Below are positions 57,781 to 64,000 of a DNA stretch of 64,000 nt, in pieces. Made by a program: the position numbers and the translations under genes. The DNA comes from the human T2T-CHM13v2.0 reference genome, Homo sapiens. The stretch lies in NCBI RefSeq assembly GCF_009914755.1, contig NC_060936.1, one strand, 5' to 3'. How positions within the stretch are numbered: position 1 is the stretch's first letter; each line of letters starts with the position of its first letter. The notes beneath the pieces were generated by a model. That model was not told where the DNA came from and ran no database searches. It worked only from the letters and a program-made list of their open reading frames with translations.

Positions 57781-58867
57781 TTATGCCCCCTTTTAAAAAT
57801 AACAGTTATATAGAGACATTATTTATATACCATAAAATGACCTTTTTTAAAGTGCACAATTTAGGTGTACCCCTTTCCCTTAGCCCCTGGCAACCACTAA
57901 TCTATTTGCTTTCTGTTTCTAGGGATTTACCTATTCTGGACATTTCATAAAAGTATTTAAATATTTTAAATGTTTTCTATTCTTGTGAATCTACTCAGTA
58001 TGTAATAAAATTGAAAATATTAAAAATGTGTAAACAATTCAGGTGTTTTAAGTGCATTCACCAAGTTGTGATCACCACCATCTAATTCTAGAACATTTTT
58101 ATTGCCCTCAAAAGAAACCAGTGCCCATTAGCACTCACTCCCTAATCCCTCTTTCCCTTGGCCCCTGGCAACCAACAGTCTACTTCCTGTTTCTATGGAT
58201 TTGCCTGTTCTGGACATTTCATAAAAGTGGAACTATACATTATAAAGCCTTTTGTGACTGTCTTCTTTCATTTCACCTACTGTTTTCAAGGTTCATCCAT
58301 GTTGTAGCATGTATCAGTACTTCATTCATTTTTGTGGCCAAATAATACTCCATGTGTGTATAAACCGCATTGTTTATTCATTAATTGATGGACATTTGGG
58401 TTGTTTCTACTCTTTGGTTATTATGAATAATTCTGCTATGAACATTCATGGACAAGTTTTTGTGCAGACACATGGTTTCACATCTCTTGAGAATATAACA
58501 AAGAATGGAATTGTTGGGATATACAGTAACTGTAGGTTTAACATTTTGAGGAACTGTCATAGTATTTTCCAAAGTGACTGCATATTCCACCTGCAATGTA
58601 TGAGGACAATAATATCTTCACATCCTCATCAGCACTTAAAAAAAATTGCCATTCTAGTTGGTATGAAGTGGTATGTCATTGCAGTTTTGACTTTGTTTTC
58701 TCTAATGTCTACTGATGGTGAGCATCTTCTCATGTGTTTGTCATTTGTATAGCTTCTTTGGAAAAAAATTTGTTCAAATCCCTTGCCTATTTTAGTTGTG
58801 TTGTCTTTTTATTGTTGAGTTGTAAGCATTTTTTATATATTTGGGATAGAAGTCTCTTATTGGATAT

Positions 58868-59221
58868 TGTCTTAGTCTGTTTGTGCTGCTGTAACACAGT
58901 ACCACAGACCAGGTAATTTGTAAAGAATAGAAATCTACTTTTCATAGTTACAGAGGCTGGAAATTCCAAGATCAAGTTGCCGACATTTGGTGTCTGGTGA
59001 GGGCTGCATCCTCTGAAGGAGAGGAATGCTGCATCTTCACATAGCAGAAGGCATAAGGGCAAGTGGGGAGAACTCCCGTCATCAACTCCTTTTATAAGGG
59101 CACCTAATCCCATTCATGAAGGATGAGCCCTCATGGCCTAATCACTTGTTAAAGTCTCCACCTCTTAATATTACCACACTGGCAATACCTAAATTGGAAG
59201 AGACACATTCAAACCATAGCA
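58868..59221 (-). mobile_element. MST/MLT1A-type MaLR solo LTR nested in L1M; TSD gatat/gatac
   Basis: tgtcttagtctgtttgtgctgctgtaac...aaaccatagca; L1 text resumes after the element. Confidence 0.85.
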
Positions 59222-61756
59222 GATACATTGAAAATATTTTCTCCCATTCTATGGATTGTGTTTTCACTTTCCTAATAGCATCCTTTGAAACAAAATTATT
59301 TTTAATTTTGATGATCTCCAGTTTACCTTTTATTCTGTTATTTGTGCTTTTGGTGTCATGTCTTAGAAACCATTCGTAATCCAAAGTCATAAAGTTTTTT
59401 TTAACATTTATCTTCTAAGAGTTTTATGGATGTAGGTTTATGATTTATTTTGAGTTAATTTTTGTAAATGGTATGAGATAGGGTCCTGCTTTATCATTTT
59501 CCATATCCGGGTATACCAGCACCGTTTTTGAAAAGACTGTTCTCTGTTTAATTATCTTGGCACCCTTGTTGAAAAGCAGTTGGCCAAAAATTTAAGAGTT
59601 TGTTTATAGACTCAGTTGTTTTCCATTGATCTACATGTCTGCATTTTATGCAAGTACCACACTTTATTTATCACTGTAACTTTGTAAACTTCAAATTTTC
59701 GTTTTTCTTTTTCAAGATTGTTTTGGCTGTTCTGGGTCTTTTGCATTTCCGTATGAATTTTAGGATCAGCTTATCTATTTCTAGGATTTTGATAAGAATA
59801 ATGTTGATTCCATAGGTCAGTTTGGAGAGTATTGCCATCTTAACAATATTAAGTCTTTTAATCCCTGAACACAGGATGTCTTTTCATTTATTTAGGTCTT
59901 TCATTTCTATCAACAATATTTTATAGTTTCAGTGTGTAAGTCTCATACTTGTTTTTTCTCTTAAATTTATTCTAAGTACATTGTTCTTTTGATGCTATTA
60001 TAAATTGTTTCGTTAATTTAACTTTTGGATTACCTATTGTAGTGTATAGAAATGTAATTGCTTTTTTGTATATTGATTTTTGTGTGTGTGCTGCAACCTT
60101 GCTAAACTGGCTTATTTGCTCTAATAGTATTTTGGGTGGATTCCTTAGGATTTTTATATACGATGTCATACTGTCTGTGAACAGAAGTAGTTTTACTTCT
60201 TCCTTTCCAATTTGGAGGACTTTATTTTTTCTTACCTAGTTGTCCTGACTAGAACCTCCAATATAATGATCTTAGGAGGAAAGCATTCAGTCTTTCACCA
60301 TTAAGTGTGATACTAGGTGTGGGTTTTTTCATTGATACTCTTTATCAGGTTGGGAAAGTTCTATTCCTAGTTTATGAGTGTTTTTAATCATGGAATGATG
60401 TTGGATTTTGCCAGATGCTCTTTCTGTGTCTATTGACATTATCTTGTGTGTAGTTTTTGTTCGTTATTCTATTAATATGGTATATTACAAGAATTGATAA
60501 CTTTTGTACTTTGAATCATCCTTGCATTCCTGGATAGATCCCACTTGGTCATAGTATGTAGTACTTATTTTATATGGCAGGATTTGGTTTTCTAGTATTT
60601 TATTGAAGATTTTTCCATCTATATTTGCAAGAGATATTAGGTCTCTAGTTTTCTTATGTTGTCTTTGGTTTTGGTATCAGCATAATACCAGTCGCATAGA
60701 ATGAGTTGAGAAGTGTTCCCTCTTCTTTGTTTTTAAAAGAGTTTATGAAACATTGGTGTTAATTCTTCTTTAAATGGTAGGTGGAATTCATCAGTGAAAC
60801 CATCTGAGACTGGGCTTTTCTTTGCAGGAATTATTTTTTTTCTGTTAGTCCAGTCTCTTTATTTGTTAAAAATAGGTCTATTCAAGTTTTCTATTTTTGC
60901 TTGAGTTACCTTAAGTAGTACATATTTTTCTAGGAATTCTTCCATTTTATCTAAGTTGTCTAATTAGTTGGCTTATAATTATGCATAGTATCCCCTTATA
61001 ATCCTTTTTATTTTTGTAAGAATAACAGTAATGTTTCCCTTTTCATTTCTGATTTTAACCCTTTGAGTCTTCTTTTTTTCTTGATCAGCCTAGCTAAGTT
61101 TGCCAATTTTGTTATCTTTTCAAAGAACCAACTTTGTTTAGTTGATTTTTTTGTTACTTTTCTGTCCTGTATTTCATTTATTTCCACTTGTTGCCTTTTG
61201 ATTTTAATATTTAGTTCATTTATATTTAATGTAATTACTCATGAAGTAGGAGTTAAACCTGCCATTTTGCTATTTGTTTTCCATGTGTCTTTTTGTCTCT
61301 TGTTTTTCTATTCCTTCATTACTACTTTTTTTGTGTGTTAAATAGATATTTCTAGTATGCCATTTTAATTCCATTATTGTTTCTTTATCTTTTTTTAGTG
61401 GCTTCCCTGGGGATTATAATTAACAACTTAATTTAAAATAATATAGTTTGAATTAATGGCAATTTTAATTTCAAATAGTACACAAAAACTTTACTTTGGT
61501 ACAGATCTGTTCCTTCTCTACTCCTTTGTGGTATTATCATCATGCAAATTACAACTTAATGCATTATAAGCTTACCAACAGTTTCATAATTGTTGCTTTG
61601 TGTCTTTTAAATAAGATAGAAGAAAATAGAGACATACAAAAATATACTACTTTTCATATTTATATATGTAGTTAGTTCTATCTCTGCTTTTTTTTTCTGT
61701 AGGTGGATTTGAGTTACTGTCATGTGTCTATTTAAGCCTGAAGGACTCTCTTAGTA

Positions 61757-62674
<918 letters not shown>

Positions 62675-64000
62675 GCAGGTCTCTGCCAACAACAGATTCT
62701 TTCAGATTTTATTTATCTGGGAATGTCTTAATTTCTCCATTTTTGAAGGATGGGTTTGCTGGATATAGAATACTTGGTTGACAGTCTTTCTTTCAGCACT
62801 TTGAATATATCATCCCACTGCCTCTGGCCTCCATGGTTTTTATGAAAAGTTAGCTGCTAATCTTACTGAGGACCCTTTATATGTGATGAATCACTTTTCT
62901 CTTCCTGCTATCATCATTCTTTGCCATGATTTCTTTGGCTTTGTCTTTACACTTTGAATGTGATACTCCTAGGTTTGGATCTCTTTGAGTTTATCCTACA
63001 TGGAATTTGTTGAGTTTCCTGGATATGCAAAATAGTGCTTTCATTAAATGTAGGAAGTTTTCAGCCATTGATTCTTCAAATATTATTTCTGTTTCTCTCC
63101 TTTTTTCTCTGGGACTTCTATAATGTATGTGTTGGTATATTTGATGGTATCCCACTAATTTCTGAGACTGTGTTCCTTTGTCCTCATTCCTTTTTTGTTC
63201 CATTTCTCAGATTGGATAATTTTAATATTCCTAGCTTTCAATTTGCTGATTCTTCTGCTATTTCATATCTGCCGAGGAGCCCTTCTAATGATTTTTTTAT
63301 TTTAGTTATTGTACTTTGCTAATTGGTTCTTTTTAATAATTCCTATCTCTATTGATATTCTCTTTGTTGTGCTTCCTTTAATTCTTTAGGTGAGATTTCC
63401 TTTAGTTCTCCAAATATGTATAACTGCTAAATATAAAAAGACTTCATCTAATAAATGCAATATCTGGGTGTCCTCAGGGACAGTTTTACTGACTGCTTTT
63501 TCCTCTCTGTGTTAGGACCATAGTTTTCCATTTCTTGGTGTATCTTGTAATTTTACATTGAGAACTGGACATTTTAAGTATTATAATGTAGCAAATCTGG
63601 AAATCAGGTATTTTCCCTGTTCAGGGTTTGTTGTTGCTTCTGTTTATTATTATCACTGTTACTGCTGCTTCCCTTTGTTTACTTTCCTGAACTACTTGTC
63701 TTTGTCATGTGTGACCACTTAAGTCTGTGTTCAATAAGTTTTGTTGTTAGCTAATGATTGGATTAGCTGGTGACTGCATTAAATGCCTAGTACCAGTAAT
63801 TTTCGTTTCTCTGCCTTTGCCTCATCTCATGGCTGTGTGTGAGTGTGTATTGAGGAAATGTGTTTAACGCTCCAGCAGGTAGTTTTCAGCTCTTCCTTAG
63901 CTTTTTTTTCTTGCCAGTGCAGAACCTCAAAGTCAGCCAGAGGTAAGGGATTAAGGTTTTCTCATGTCTTTCTTGGCCATGTGCACTGTCCTACACATGT

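Noticed and set aside
58052-58916. Plus-strand ORFs up to 147 aa
   Set aside because: Antisense translations of an old L1M 3' region.

Overview
This is primate (very probably human) genomic DNA from inside the ANO6/TMEM16F gene (Ca2+-activated phospholipid scramblase; Scott syndrome gene), transcribed on the + strand. Seven internal coding exons (exons 2-8 of the canonical transcript, 928 nt in total) can be read directly. They have GT-AG boundaries and splice into one continuous frame, from ...VLENLGQTIVPDLGSLESQHDFRTPEF through the N-terminal cytosolic domain and TM1 to ...YLNQDNCTW. The other ~98.5% is intron, mostly fossil transposable elements: a 4-kb 5'-truncated L1PA with an 18-bp TSD inserted into a Charlie1-type hAT element, Alu/FLAM, L2, CR1/L3, MIR, HAL1, old L1M, MaLR/ERVL solo LTRs, and Tigger/MER DNA elements, several of them nested. 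Nearly all listed ORFs are repeat-derived or chance. I find no convincing new gene or novel biological system. The best leads are regulatory hypotheses: a CFTR-like (TG)n-poly(T) cryptic exon, an antisense Alu primed for exonisation, a GATA/RUNX/ETS enhancer candidate, an antisense LTR abutting exon 7, and microsatellites that arose inside retrotransposon tails. Repeat subfamily names were assigned by eye from remembered consensus sequences, and boundaries without TSD/TIR evidence are approximate.
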